Made by a program: the position numbers and the translations under genes. Below, piece by piece: positions 20,130-33,500 of a DNA stretch of 64,000 nucleotides (within the stretch, counting starts at the first letter, position 1; every line of letters starts with the position of its first letter). The notes under the pieces were generated by a model. It had not been told where the DNA came from. It saw only the letters and a list, made by a program, of their open reading frames with translations, and ran no database searches. The stretch is from Azolla caroliniana (Eukaryota; Plantae; Polypodiophyta): the NCBI GenBank assembly GCA_043228905.1, contig JBHGNT010000010.1, positions 6,882,001 to 6,946,000 of the forward strand. Reading direction: 5' to 3'.

Positions 20130-22900
20130 CATGTTTTTTATTATCGAAGGATGGATCACTAGGACGAGGTGCTAGATACGAACATTGTGATAATGAATCT
20201 GCTTCCTTTGTTGCTTGTTAGGAAGAAAAGTAATCTTGAAATCTAAATGAGTAAGAAATTGTGCCCATTGAGCTTGTTGTATGTTTAGCACACGAGCATT
20301 CTACAAATAAGTGAGGTTTTTGTGACTGTAGAATACAATTATTTGATGGGGAGAGTCTTTCAAAAAATGCCACCATTTTGCAAAGGAATCAACTATAGTT
20401 AATAGCTCCTTGTCATGTACCTCATAGTTGATCTCGACAGTATCAAATTTGCGTGAATGGAAAGCCACTAGGTGTAGTTTCCCATCATCACCTTGATGGG
20501 ACAAAATGCTACCAAATGCAAAATTTGATGCATCCACTTCAATAATAAATGGTTTTTGCATATCAAAATGAGCTATATGTTGATGGGTGGGGGGTGGATC
20601 CAAGATCGGCTCCACCCCCCTCCCAAGGGGGTTCGAATGTGAGGGGAGAGAGAGAGAGAGAGAGATGCACACAGAATGAGAGAGAGTTAATCAAGACAAA
20701 CATAGTTGAGGGGTAACTCGAGTATATTTCTCCTTTTTCATGCCCCATAGGTGGGGTTTTAAATAGTACAAGATCTAATCATTACAAAAAGCCGAGTCAG
20801 AGTAGCTACACCTACTTACCCCACCTAACACTCACACATTAACATTTCATATTACACCTTACACACCTTCCACATTACACCTAACCCTCCCGTACACCTA
20901 TACGGGTAACACTATACTAGGAGCAGATGTAAATGCCTTCTTGAGATCCAAAAAAACATTATTTGCATCAATGGTACAAACAAATAGTTGATTTTTCTTT
21001 GTGAGCTGTGTGAGAGGCAGAATAAGTTTTGAGTAATCCTATATTAACTTGCGATAGAAGTTTATGAATCCTAGAAAACATTGCACATCTCACACAGATC
21101 GTAGAGTTTGCCACTCCAATACAGTTTGGACTTTATTTGGATCCATAGAAATTCCTTCTGGGGAGATGATGTAGCCTAAGAATTTCACCTATTTGCAATC
21201 AAAACTACACTTCTTTAATTTTGCATAAAGGTCATATTCCCGTAGTAGTTTTAATACTTGATAAACATGAGAATCATGCTTCTCTTGTGTTTTTGAATAA
21301 TCAATAGATCATCCAAAAAGATGATTAGAAAATGTCCAAGATATCTCGAAAAATGTCATTAACCATGTGCTGAAAAACTATTGGTGCATTTGTGAGACCA
21401 AGTGGCATAAGTGTATACTCAAAATGCCCATATCAGGTGCAGAAAGTTGTCTTCCACTCGTATCCCGGCCAAATCCATACAAGTATATGAATCCCGTAAA
21501 TCGATCTTTGTAAAATAATGTGCACCCTAAAAGACTAGAGATCAAGGGGAGTGTATACTTATTCCTAATAGTAACTTTATTCCAACCCTAGTAATCCACA
21601 ACTAGATGAAGTGAATCATCTTTTTTCTTTACAAAGAAAATAAGAAAATGAGTGCACCAACTGGAGATTTCGAGTGTCGAATGAATCCATTTGCCAAATT
21701 TTCCTTAACGTATGCTCAAAGAACCTCAAGCTCAGTTGGTGACAAATTGTAGATTAGTCCCCATGGTGGCTCCTTTCCTAGTTGTCAATCAATGGGACAA
21801 ACGTATAGTCGATGCTCTAGAAGTGTATTAGCTTTTACCTTATCAAAGGCATCAGCATAATCTTGATATTTCCTAGGAAGTTGAATTTTTTTCAAAGATA
21901 TCAGAAGACTTCAGTAATACTGCAAATAAAAACATTCCTTCCTTATGTAATTGTTGCAGTAAAATAGTTGAAACCCTATGAGTAAATGTTGAGGTTTCAT
22001 ATTATCTTGTTGTCGATACTTGATTTCCCTCTTTCTCTAGACAATTTTGGGGTTATGAAGTTAGAACCATTGGAAACCCCACAAGAATTGGATGTTCAGG
22101 ACTACTAATTATATTAAAAGATATTACACATTAAAAGATATTACACATGTAATTCCTTTAGAGAGGGTTTTGCTACAATTGATGCATGCTTGGGTCTCAT
22201 CTTGTCCTTGTCACTTGTTGTCATTCTAAACATCGATGGAAAACCCAATTTTCACATCGTATTGCTCAACTGATTGCTTTTGTGACTGATTGGTTCTTTT
22301 TGGAAATGTAAGGAGTAAATCTTTTACGTCGTTGCATAGCCCGAACCAAAACTGCTCTATTAATGCTCGGTCGTCCCATGGAATATCAGTTGCGAGTAGA
22401 TGAAAATTAGTGGTCGAATGATCCCCTTGACATATTCTTAGAATTTTGTTGATTGTTGTTCTAATACTATTGGTATCTCCAAAACAAGCTTTGAACTCGT
22501 CAATGAACTCCTCAAAATTATTTAACAAAGGAGATCCTTTTTGCAACAAAGGGGCAAACCAGGCTAATGTTGTACCACTAAGTAATGTGCCTACTAACCC
22601 CATTCGTGATGCATCTGTTGGCTCTTGAGAAGGATGCATTTGAAGTACCAAATGTACCTAGATGACGAACCCTCTAAACTGTGATGGGGTTCCATCAAAC
22701 TTCATGGGAAGACTAATCTTGGGTTCTTTAAGGATTCCTTCAGTACTCGTTCCTTATTGTTGTAACGACACGATAGTTGCTTCCAAATGTTGCACTCATA
22801 GTGTCAACTCCCCGTGTTGTTGTGTTTGTTGCTTTTTTATGGTGATTTATTGTAGATCCCCCAACAAATTTTGATTTTCTTGTTCTAGTGCCCTAGTGCC
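20130..22900 (-). mobile_element. Highly decayed Tcn1-like chromoviral gypsy (gag-RT-RNase H); ends approximate
   Basis: Gag LSGTTLAWFAPLL...FEEF; RNase H FIIEVDASNFA, VAFHSRKF, NYEVHDKELL, HKNLTY; RT remnants 20920-21800. Confidence 0.8.
20578..20911. mobile_element. Solo LTR (334 bp)
   Basis: TGTT...AACA ends, 5-bp TSD CTATA (20573-20577 / 20912-20916); interrupts the RT-RNase H junction of the host. Confidence 0.9.
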
Positions 22901-23039
22901 ACGAATTTTTCTTTCAAGCATTGAAGATCTGAGAAGATGGATTGGTATTCTTGCATGCTAACAAAGGCCAGTAGTTCTAGAGGAAGGAAGGATAAGAACA
23001 TGTAAATTCAGTTCAAACTATCATCAACATCAAGCTCAA

Positions 23040-23258
23040 TTAACACAGAAAGACAATGTAGATCGTCATCAGCTTCCATCAAGTTTTGATGTTGGAGATC
23101 AAGTATGACTACTACGACAACATATAAAGACAACCCAACCATGTACCAGATTGGATTATCAATGGTTAGACTTTTTTGTCATTAATGGAAAAATCAATGA
23201 TCTCACCTTTCCCCTTGATCTACATCCACAATTATGGATACATCCAATATTTCATAGT
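23040..23258 (+). mobile_element. Tcn1-like integrase C-terminal fragment
   Basis: DVGDQV*LLRQHIKTTQPCTRLDY and WIHPIFH, similar to 57828-58106. Confidence 0.6.
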
Positions 23259-24640
23259 TGTTAGAGCTAACTACTAATGTAAGCATATGATAAAGATAAT
23301 ATAGATAGAAAAATAAGAGAGAAGAGAGAAAGAAGAGTGTTGATCCACCCGACCACCCCCGAGTGAAGGGATCGAGATGGACACGAGCCTTGATCGGCAT
23401 CCCATACCACCGTCGTGGCGTCAAGTTGTACCTAGTATTGTCTTGCTTGCTACAAGGGTTGACCCACCACAAGGACAGAGTCTCGACGTAGTCAATAAGG
23501 TATCAAATGAGGGTAGCTAGGACTCATATTTATAGCCAGACTGCTGAGCGGCAAGCTCAAATAGAGCCGGATCGGCTGAATAAGCCTGAGCCGGCAAGTG
23601 AGACGGATCGGTAAGCCGTGAGCAACCAAGCCGGTGAGCTGGGGAGTCGGTTAGCCGGATCCAATTGGTAACCAGAAGCCTAGTATTAGTTTAGACTACT
23701 AGGCAAATATAGTCTCGTAGTAAGTGTCAGAAGCTCGTGTGAGCATTGAAGTACGCAGTACTTCTGTCAGTCCCATGAGGACTTGTATAAATAGTGCTAC
23801 TGAGCACAGTTGTATATACAGAGTGATTATATCGTTTTGAATATAGCTTTTACATTCTGTTCTCTCTGTCTCTCCCGTGTACTCCTTGTATTCCCTAGTT
23901 TCTTTGTTTTCTAACACTTCCGCAAGTAATTGTTCACATGGTATCAGAGCACGAGGGTTGAGAACGCTTGAAAGCAAACCCTAACAAGTCGTAAGAACAG
24001 CAGACAGAGAAGTGATGGATAGAGGGATGGCTAGCTCGATCCCTGTGGAGAAACTTGACAGATCCAACTATGCATCTTAGTCGTATAAGATGCACCAATA
24101 CCTGCTTGGGCATGGCTACTGGATTTTCGTCGAAGGAGCCAACGAAACAGCACCTGATGCGGCACATAAGGACTTCCCAATGTGGGAACAATCGGCAAGC
24201 AGAGTGATGTACTGCTTCGCGTCCAGTGTCGGAGACCAACTGTTGAGCCACATCCGAGATACCAAGACGCCGAAGGAGGCTTGGAGGAACCTGAAGAAGG
24301 TTTTCGCCACGAGCACTACAGTCCAGAAGTTGCAACTGCGATAGGAGTTGAGCAATGTCCGACAGAAGGACATGTCGGTGGCGGATTACACGGCCCGGAT
24401 CAAAGAGATATGTGACTCTCTTGCCTCTATCAACGTTACCGTAGAGGAAGACGAGATGGTACAGGTCTGTTTTGGGGGCCTGGCGTCTAAGTTCAGAGCG
24501 TTCCGAACGGCGGTGTGTATAAGGGAGAATACACCGTCATTTTTCGACTTACAGTCGATGCTCCTTGTAGAGGAGAACCACGTCGGTGCGTCAACTAGCG
24601 CACCCACTAACAGCCGGATGTTGTACATGGAGGCGGATCG
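23259..24640 (+). mobile_element. Truncated Ty1/copia element (5' LTR about 23259-23938, PBS-Met, gag)
   Basis: TGTTAG start; TGGTATCAGAGC at 23939-23950; gag VEKLDRSNYAS*...YLLGHGYW, MSVADY, LLVEE. Confidence 0.85.
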
Positions 24641-25880
24641 GACTACGGTAAAACTTACCATGGGATATTATATGGTCATGCAACCCGTAACATACTCTCC
24701 CTCTTTAAAACATTGCACTCTTGTAATGGAAAGTTAGGGAAGTTAGTTCCAATAGTATTTTCGTGTTCCCATGTGGCATCTTTGATAGGCTTATCCATCC
24801 ATTTAATTTTAAATTCTCGTATTATTTTAGAACGTAAATGTTTTGTTTTAACGTCGAGAATTCTTTCTGGTACATGTGGTTTAGAAGATAATTCTTCAGA
24901 AGTAACCAAAGTTTCAGTTGTAACTGTATTGTCACTAGAACCAAGAAGTTCTTTTAGACGACTTGCATGAAAAATTGGATGGATTTTGACACCATTAGGA
25001 AGAGCGAGACGATAGGCAAATGAACCAATGCATTTGAGGACTATAAAAGGTCCAAAAAATCATGGGGTTAACTTAGTGCACTTACCTGTAGACAATGTCT
25101 TAGAATTGTGAGGTGCGCGTAAAAATACCTTCTGTCCATGGTTGAATACACGAGGTTGCCTATTACGATCGGCATAAAAACACGCTCTATCTTGAGTTAT
25201 TTTTATATTATCTCGTGCAATATGCAGCATATCTTGCATATCCCGAAGAAAGTTATGCGTATTTTGCAACTCATCATGATGTATATTAACATCAATTGGG
25301 GCTTGTGGCTGAAAACCATACATCAACATAAAAGGACTATATCCCGTCGACGTATGTTTGGAGCTGTTATAAGAAAATTCCAAAATTGGGAGATAACGTT
25401 CCCATTTTGTTGGTTTTGCACCAACGTATGCTCAAAGCATGTCCTTAATAATTTGATTTACTCATTATGTTTGTCCATCGAATTGAGGATGATCCGTGGA
25501 GCTCATGCTCATGGTAGTTTCTAACTTCTTAAAGACCAAAAGTCGCTAGTAAACTTTGGATCTCGATCACTCACGATATCCATCGGTAACCCATAAAAAT
25601 GAAATAACTCGTCAACGAATTCGTAACCCAATTTAGGAGTTGTTACCGTGGTTTTCATAGCAATAAATCTGGCCATTTTAGTTAGTCGATCAACCACAAC
25701 CCATATGGCATCATGGCCTTTTTGGGTGCGAGGAAGGCTAACAATAAAATCCATGGATATACTTTCTCACTTATTATTGGGAATGTCCGAGGGATGTAAA
25801 AGTCCAACAACTTTAAGTCGCTCGACTTTGTTAACTTGACATTGGTGACATTTAGTCACATAGCTATGTATGTCAGGACT
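24641..25880 (-). mobile_element. Chromovirus 3' fragment (integrase, chromodomain, PPT, LTR stub)
   Basis: SMDFIVSLP, VVDRLTK, IVSDRDPKF, PERILD...IKW...ATWE; PPT AGAGGGAGAGTA (24693-24704) then TGTTACG. Confidence 0.88.
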
Positions 25881-27432
25881 CGTGGACACATGTTGCCCAG
25901 CAATACATTACCCAACTCACTCCTTGCTCCCACGTTGGGTAGTTGGTGTTTGTAATGTCGGGTTTGTTTTTTAGCGTGTCGTTGATGTAGCCCCAATAAT
26001 ACCCTTGGCCGACTACGAGCTACCCATTTGTGTGTTCATGTTAATGTAGTGTCTTCCTTCTTGGCTTCTCTTTCTTCGGTCATGTACACGTGCTACGTAG
26101 CGGTACTACAGTAGCAGATAGCCGGATTTGTCATCAGTGTCTCGAACACACAATCACGAATTCAGGTGGGCATAGTGGATGTACTAAACCACACACTCTA
26201 ATACCATATTAATAATTAGGTAATTAAGCAATGGTTAATTAATGTCTAATTATGTGAGTGGTTGATCAGCAGAAGATTATGAGATATGTGTGTGTACATG
26301 TGTGAGAGGAAGAGAGAGAGAGAGGAAGTTACGCTTATGAACAATAATATAAATGGGGGATTATTAACGAGAGTGTATATTAAAAAGCATCATCAAATCC
26401 AAAAATACTCACAATGAGGTACATATACATCTCATGTGCAAAGGTGCACATGTGTGAGTAGAATATAGGTACAAAGGTTAAGTCCTATATTAAATGAACA
26501 TGGGAGTGGAGGATCTATAATGTATCCCACTCAAGTACAAAATCTTATTTAAGGCTTTAAGGTCAACACAGTAACTAGATTCTATATAGGTAACTACTAA
26601 GTTACGTGTGTTGACTAATCTAGTTGAGCTTAATATCTCAACAAAAAGAAAGCTATAGGAGTTGATGATGAAACCCCTGACGTTTCCTTGTTTAAAGTCA
26701 ACACAGTGCCATCTTGGGCGTCCGACATTGCCCGAGTATTATTTAAAGGCGCATTGTTCTTGAAGCAATTAAGCCGCATAAAAACATGAGTCCTCTTAAG
26801 GAAGTGCAACCCTTTCACCGTGATTCAAGGCCATTTATACCGTAGAGGCAACGATGTCATCAACATCCTCCAACAGGCCCATTGCGGGAGTGCTAGTGGT
26901 CACTTCAACCATGAGGCTACCACTCGTAAGGTTCTATAGTCAAGTGTTAACTCTTCGGGCCGGACAATGGCCTAACACAGGGTGTCTACGTGAGACACTT
27001 CACCAAAGGGTGTTACGGCAACCGGATTAGACTTCAACGCTTAATCCGACTTAGTTAAGTTACTTATTAGGATCGTCTTTCATAACACGCGTAAGATATA
27101 ACAATTAAGACAGAACGGAAATTAACACAGAGAGATAACAATGCTTAAGCTTTCATTAATTAACCGCTAACTATTACATTGTATCCGGGCCTTTAAATAG
27201 GTTTCCGGTCTGTATTACAAAACAGTGCCATCCGCACCTGTTTGGGATCGGTCCGGATCCGGAACGGCATACCGATTCCGGTCCGTCCGTCCACACTCAT
27301 AGCTTAATTACAACCACATTCCTACTACTTAATTAGCTCTCTGTTTCCCACTCTGGACTCCTTTGCCGGCCGGTAACACATGGCACGCCCGTGGGACAGT
27401 ACCTTGTACGTCGAATCCACAATCGACCCTTG

Positions 27433-30209
27433 CTATTCTTCGTCCAAAATGTCCAGAATGCTTTGTTCAAGAGGCTCCAATGGTTCATCTGGAAGTGGTT
27501 GTTGTTGTTGCTGCTGTTGCTGCTCTGTTGCTGTCTGCTGCGGCGGGTCCGTTGGTGGTTGCTGCGGCTGCTCCTCCGTTTGTGGCTCTGACCCCGGCGT
27601 CTCCGTCGTTGCTCCCTGCGTCGTAGTGGTCTCCGGTTGACTGGTTCCCGGCTGGCCCTCAGCCGGCGACGGTTCCTCATCACTAAGGTTAACCGTTGTC
27701 GCTTCCCGTGCTTTTTCCTCTCGTACCCGGGACCGCTCGTAGCTTTCAAACTGGATTTGAGCGTCCAGCCTATCATCGTCCAGCTGAGCTACGAGCTGCC
27801 TGACCTGCGCCAGCTGTTCATCTGCCAGGACTTGGAAGTCGTCGGCCAGCTCGTCCCGGATGGCGGTGAAGTCCTCGGAAGTCAACGTATAACAGTCATC
27901 TCCTTCCTTCCACTGGTTTGCCACATCCGCCCGTAGCAACTGGAGTTCCGCCGCGTTTTGTGCCCACTTTGTCCACCATTTTACGGAGCTTTTATCAATC
28001 AAGTGTTTCGTCTGATTCAGCAATGCCCGGAGGATGGATTAAATCCGGCTCGTTCCCAATTGCGATTTGGTTTCCGCCACTTGCCGTTCCTCCTTCAGTT
28101 GTTTGATGATTTTGACGTTGTCCTCTGCCTGCGCCTTGTAATGCGTCAATTGCCTTTGATATGTACTTTGTAATTTCTGCAATACTGTTGACGCTCTCTC
28201 TCTTTGTCTTCCTGCTGCTACCTCTGGAGCTCCATCCGGACCTTCTCCGCCTCTTCCAAGCGTCTTGTATTTTCCGCCCGTTCGTCGGTGATCGCCGTCG
28301 CGGCCCGATCAACTGCCTGCTGGAGCTCGGCCATCCGTTCTTTATGCTCCGTTTCCAGCCGTTTGTAGTCCCGGTGTAGGTGCTCAAAATCATCTGTCTT
28401 TTGCTTGAGCCGTGCATTGATCTGACGATGGGCCCGGTCCTCGCGGTCCTTCTGCTGGTGGAGCTCTTCTTTTAGCCGTTCAATCTCTGTTTCCGCCGTT
28501 TTCCGCAGCTTGTCCTTTTCCTACAGCACTTTGTCTTTCTCCTCCTTTAGCCGGTCGTACGCTTGATGGCCTTTCCGGAGGCTCTCCTCTGCCCGGCGGA
28601 GGTTCTTAGCAGTCTTCTTTAATTCAGCTTCGGCAGCCGTCTTCAATTCTCGTTCACGGCTCCTTAGCGCTTCTTGTGCGGCAAGTTCCTCTCTCAATTC
28701 CGCAAGCTCCCGAGCTTGCGCCGCATCTCTCGCCGGAACGGTTTCCGTTGCCGGGGTCTTATTGCTATGTACAGGTCGTTCCGTTTCTTTATTCTGTACA
28801 CTTACCGGAGTCACCGGTGATTGGATCCGTATTTTGGCCACCTCTGTCGTGACCTGATCCAAATCTTTTTCAAGGCACCGAATTCTGGACCGGGCCGTCT
28901 CTAGTTGTTCGGTTGTGACGAGCAACCATTCGCTTTGCGCTCTTTCTTCCGCCTCTATATACCCCACTGCTCCGGCTATCTGTTCGCCTATCCACCAGAG
29001 CCACAGGCTACCAGTGCCTTGTTGTGCTTGCACGGAGGTTTGATAGATGGGCTCACTTGTAGAGGGGTGGTCCCGCCTGGTTGCGCCGAGTGGCAGTTCC
29101 TTTTCTGCCCGTGGACCATCCTGTTGTCCTGGTTCCCCTTGCACTTCTTCTTGGCTGACCAAGGGAGGCTGTAGTGACCTTTCCGGCTCTGGCGGGATGG
29201 GACTTGCCGGTGTTACCAGTGGTGCCGGGGCTTCTGTTTCTGGTGCCATCTGCACCGGTTCCGGTTCCTTCCTTGGCGTGGGAGTCTCAGTCTGGGGAGC
29301 CGGTGTTCCCTCCGTCTGAGGGTCCGAACGTTTCCCGGCTGTCTCAACGGTCCTTGCCGACGACCGTCGCTGGAGGTGCTCCGTAGGCTCCTCCTCTATT
29401 TCCTCCTCCTGAGCTCCGGCATTGAGTTTTGCCGCCAAGGGGTCCACTTCTCGATTCACCGGTCGGCAGAGTGTGACCTTTACGGGCCGTGCCGGTGGTT
29501 CCTCCTGCGCCTCCGTTGGGTGCTTCCAGCTACCGCTTCCTGCTACCACCTGTTCTGCATCCACCGCCTTTCCCTTACTGGCCTTAGAGGCCAACAGCTG
29601 TTGCCGTTTGGAAGCCATCCTTGGGGTGCTGTCCGGCACTCTTCCTCGCTTCTTGGGCTAGACGGTCTGAACGGGTGGCACCAGCAAGGTGAGCCACTGC
29701 GTTACGGCGTGCCATATCCTTCGTCCGTCTCGGCCTTCTTTGCCGTCTTTGCCCCTGACGATCTCGATCGCCGCACACAACCCGTCTACAATCAATACCA
29801 GCCAATCCACCTTGATCCCTTCATAGGTGGCGATGATCATCCCTGCACGGTTCTGCGGCATGACATGGGGTCTAGGGTATACGTGACCGTATTCATGGAG
29901 CACACGAGCAATTTCGCGGAACAGCATATCTCCGCCACCCTGTGTCCGGTAGCCCTTGCTGGCTAGAGAGTACTCACCAAAATACCTGATGAGTTGCTCT
30001 GGGGTTGGATTGTCGATCGTGAGTATGCCTTCCTCCGGAAGGCCTGTTAACGCTCGAATCGCCTCTGCTATTATGACCTCTGTATCGATTTCCTTGATCA
30101 CTTTGTCGGCTTCTTTGTGTGGCGGTACTTCCATCATCATCAAGAAGCCCTTGAGCCCGTGTTGCTTCAGCCATGTCTTGGCGGCTTCCGACAGCGTTTG
30201 CGGGTCCAT
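27433..30209 (-). pseudogene. Accessory ORF2 of element C (about 925 codons; stops and one frameshift)
   Basis: Colinear with A ORF2, then about 1 kb longer, ending in a Q/P/T-rich tail. Stops at 29658, 28521, about 28220 and about 28040; frameshift probably in the (GA)n tract near 28200. Confidence 0.85.
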
Positions 30210-30582
30210 CTCTGTGTCGGGGTCGGATTGCGGTGACGAGGATGGATGGTGATGAGAGCAGGGTTGAGAAAGAGAGAGTTCAGAAGGCGGGGGTTCTCTA
30301 TGCGCAGGTTCTCGTCTGATGATCTTGCAGCGTTTCGGTGCTTCTATGCTCCTGGGTTCGCGAAAGTAGAGGGTCTCTACGCGCAATGGTTTTTGTCTGT
30401 GCATTCTGGCGCCTTTTTCGAGTTTGTGCATGTCGCGTACTTAAAATAGCATTATGTCTTGTGGTGGCGCTTTAAATGCCCACTACGTACCTTTTCGCTC
30501 CACACTCTTTCATCCATTCATTCCTCGCTTTTGCATGATTGTTTTTTTTTTTTTTTCAGTTATTATTATTATTAGTGTGACG

Positions 30583-33500
30583 TCACATGTCCGTTGGTCC
30601 TCCCGGACCCTTACCGGCCTCATTCTCTCCGGTTCCCGGCTTGCCGTCTCTGATGTCTTGGTGGTTGCCGTCGGTCCTTTGCTCAAACGGGTTCTTAGGC
30701 ATCGGTCCTCTATATGCCTTTAACCGGAATCCGTTGACCCATTTGCCCAGCACTTCGCCGACAAGTGTCCCCAACTGGTAGGACCCATTATACTCCCGTG
30801 TTAGCCAATATGGTCCGGTCCATCTAAACCTTAGTTTACCCGGCATCTTGCCCATCCGGGTTTGGAATACTAACACTGGTTTGCCGATTGCGAACATTTT
30901 TTCGTTACCTTTCCTATGCCGGTCGACGAATGCTTTCCGTCGCCGTTGCTCCAATTCTAAATGTAGGATGATGGCCAACCGTTGTTCCTCCAGCTCACAC
31001 AGCATTGTCAACCTTATTGTCTCCGACTCCTTCTCGTTCAGCCGTTCTCGTAGCTGGATCCGTAAGCTAGGTACTTGAAATTCTACCGGCATGACCGCCT
31101 CGAGTCCGAACGCCAACCGGAACGGTGTTGTTCAGATGCTCGTTTTGTATGCCGTCCGGTATGCCCAAAGCGCGCTATGTAGCTTTGTGTCCCAATCTGT
31201 CCGGTTCTCGTTGACGATCTTCCGAAGGATGTTCTGGAGCGTCTTGTTTGTTGATTCCGCTAATCCGTTCGCCTGTGGATAGTAAGGTGTGCTTCGTTTG
31301 TGGACCACGGCATAGAAGGTCGTTAGGCTTTCCACTACTTGTCCGAGAAAGTGCCCCCCTTGGTCACTTATCAATTCAATGGGGCATCCGTAACGGCACC
31401 AGATGTACTCATATAGAAACTTTGCCATTGACGCAGCGGTGTTATCCCGTAAAGCTTTGGCCTCCACCCATTTCGTGCAGTAATCCGTAGCAACGATAAC
31501 GTACCGATTACCCGTTCTCATTGCCGGTGGCTTGAACGGTCCTACAAAGTCCAGGCCCCACTTTTGGAATGGCTCGAGTGGTAGTACCGGCTGGTGTGGC
31601 ATACGAGCCTGCTCTGTTGGCTGGCCCATTCTCTGGCATAGGTCACATTCTTTTGCGTACCGTACCGCATCTCTTAATGTCGTTGGCCACCATAGGCCAC
31701 TTTGCCATATTTTTCTGGCTGTCGCATCTCCGGCATAGTGACCTCCGGCAACTCCGCAGTGGACTTCCCTCAGTATCAGTTCCTTTTCATCACTGCGCAC
31801 CGCCCGTCTCCATATGTCGTCAGCGCCCTTGTGGTATAGTGTGTCTTGCAGTAAGCAGAAATGTCGGCTTTGTACCGCCAGGCGTTTCCGTTCGTCCCGG
31901 TTCAGCTCTTCCGGAGGCAGTCCTGTGCTCAGAAACTGGTGCATATTTGTGAACCACTTGTCTTCCTGGGCCACTGTCTCATCTGTTGCCGTCTCCGTAG
32001 TGACTCGAAACAGCTTCGCATCCGGAAACTCATCCGGTACTCCGTCACCCGTCTCTCCGGACTCCAATCGGCTTAAGTAATCCGCTACGGCATGTTGTAT
32101 ACCGGATCGGTGGAATATTTCAAACTCGAACTCCTGTAACAATAAGGTCCACCGGGCCAATTTGCCGATGAGTGACGCCTTGGACACCAGGTAAAGGAGT
32201 GCCGAATGATCTACATGGAAGGAAAACTTCCTTCCCAATAAATAGTGCCGAAACTTTGTCACACTGTAGATCATTCCTAGAGCTTCCCGTTCCGTAGTAG
32301 AGTAGTTCCGTTCTGCTTGGGATAGCTTCCGGCTGGCATAGTACACTGGCCGGTACCACTTTGGTTCCGTAAGCTGCATCAGTACGCTTCCGATTGCGAT
32401 GTCGGAGGCATCCACGAACACGTGAAATTCTTTACTCCAATCTGGAGGTTGTACTACCGGTGCCTGCGACAATAGTACCTTGAGGGCCTTATACGCCCTA
32501 TCCTCAGTATCGGTCCACAGGAATGGTGTCAGATGTACGGCGGCATGCAACGGTGTAGCCAGGTCGGCCAAGTATTGGAGCATCTGGCTGTGCCACCGGA
32601 TCTGGCCTAAGAACCGGCTTAATGCCTTTGCCGTTGCTGGCGCCGGTGCTTCTAATATGGCTTTCACTTTGTCCGGGTCGACTGCAATACCTTCCTGGCT
32701 CACGATATGTCCTAATAAAGTTCCACTGGACACGCCAAATACACACTTTGCAGGATTCAAGCTTAGCCGGTACGCTCTACACTTTTCTAGACAAAGACAG
32801 AGGTGCTGAAAATGGTCCTCCTCCCGGCTATAGACGGCGAAATCGTCAAGGAAAACCTGCATAAAAGCCGGTATATATTCTCCAAAGATTTCCATGATGA
32901 TTCGTTGAAACGTTGCCGGTGCCGTTTTGAGTCCGAACATCATCACCACGGCCACAAACACCCCCCATTCGGTGACGAATGTCGTTTTCTCTTGGTCGTG
33001 GGGGTGCATCCGGATCTGATTATACCCGCTGAATCCGTCTAGGAAGTTATAGACCTCGTGGCCGGCGACGGCATCCAACACTCCATCTGTGAACGGAAGT
33101 GGAAACGCATCCGTTACCGTAGCCACATTGAGTTTCCGGTAGTCCACGCAAACTCGAATTTTTCTGTTCTTCTTCGGTACGACTACGATCGGGCTCAGCC
33201 ATGTCGCTTTCTTTATCGGACGGATAAAGCCAACTCTTAGCAGTTTGTCGATTTCTTCCTTGACCTTGGCAACATAATTGGGATTCATCCGGTACCGTCT
33301 TTGTGCCACTGGTTTTGCGTCCTTGCTCAAGTGCACTTGATGCTGGTATAACTGAGGGTCGAGTCCTCGCATGTCTTCGTATGACCAGGCGAATACGTCG
33401 CGAAATTCCATGAGAAGTGTTATCATCGCCGTTTTGTCTCCAGACTTCATCTCCTTGGCGATGTGCACCGGTTTTGCTTCGTCCGTGGTGCCTAAATTCA

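Noticed and set aside
23259-23916. Solo LTR with TGTTAGA...TCTAACA ends
   Set aside because: No TSD, and a PBS follows at 23939, so it is better read as the 5' LTR of the truncated copia.
25880-26650. Possible LTR or gene fragment between two integrase remnants
   Set aside because: No termini, TSD or motifs that I could verify.
30542-30559. T15-CAG as an antisense splice acceptor
   Set aside because: The equivalent tract in A has no AG.
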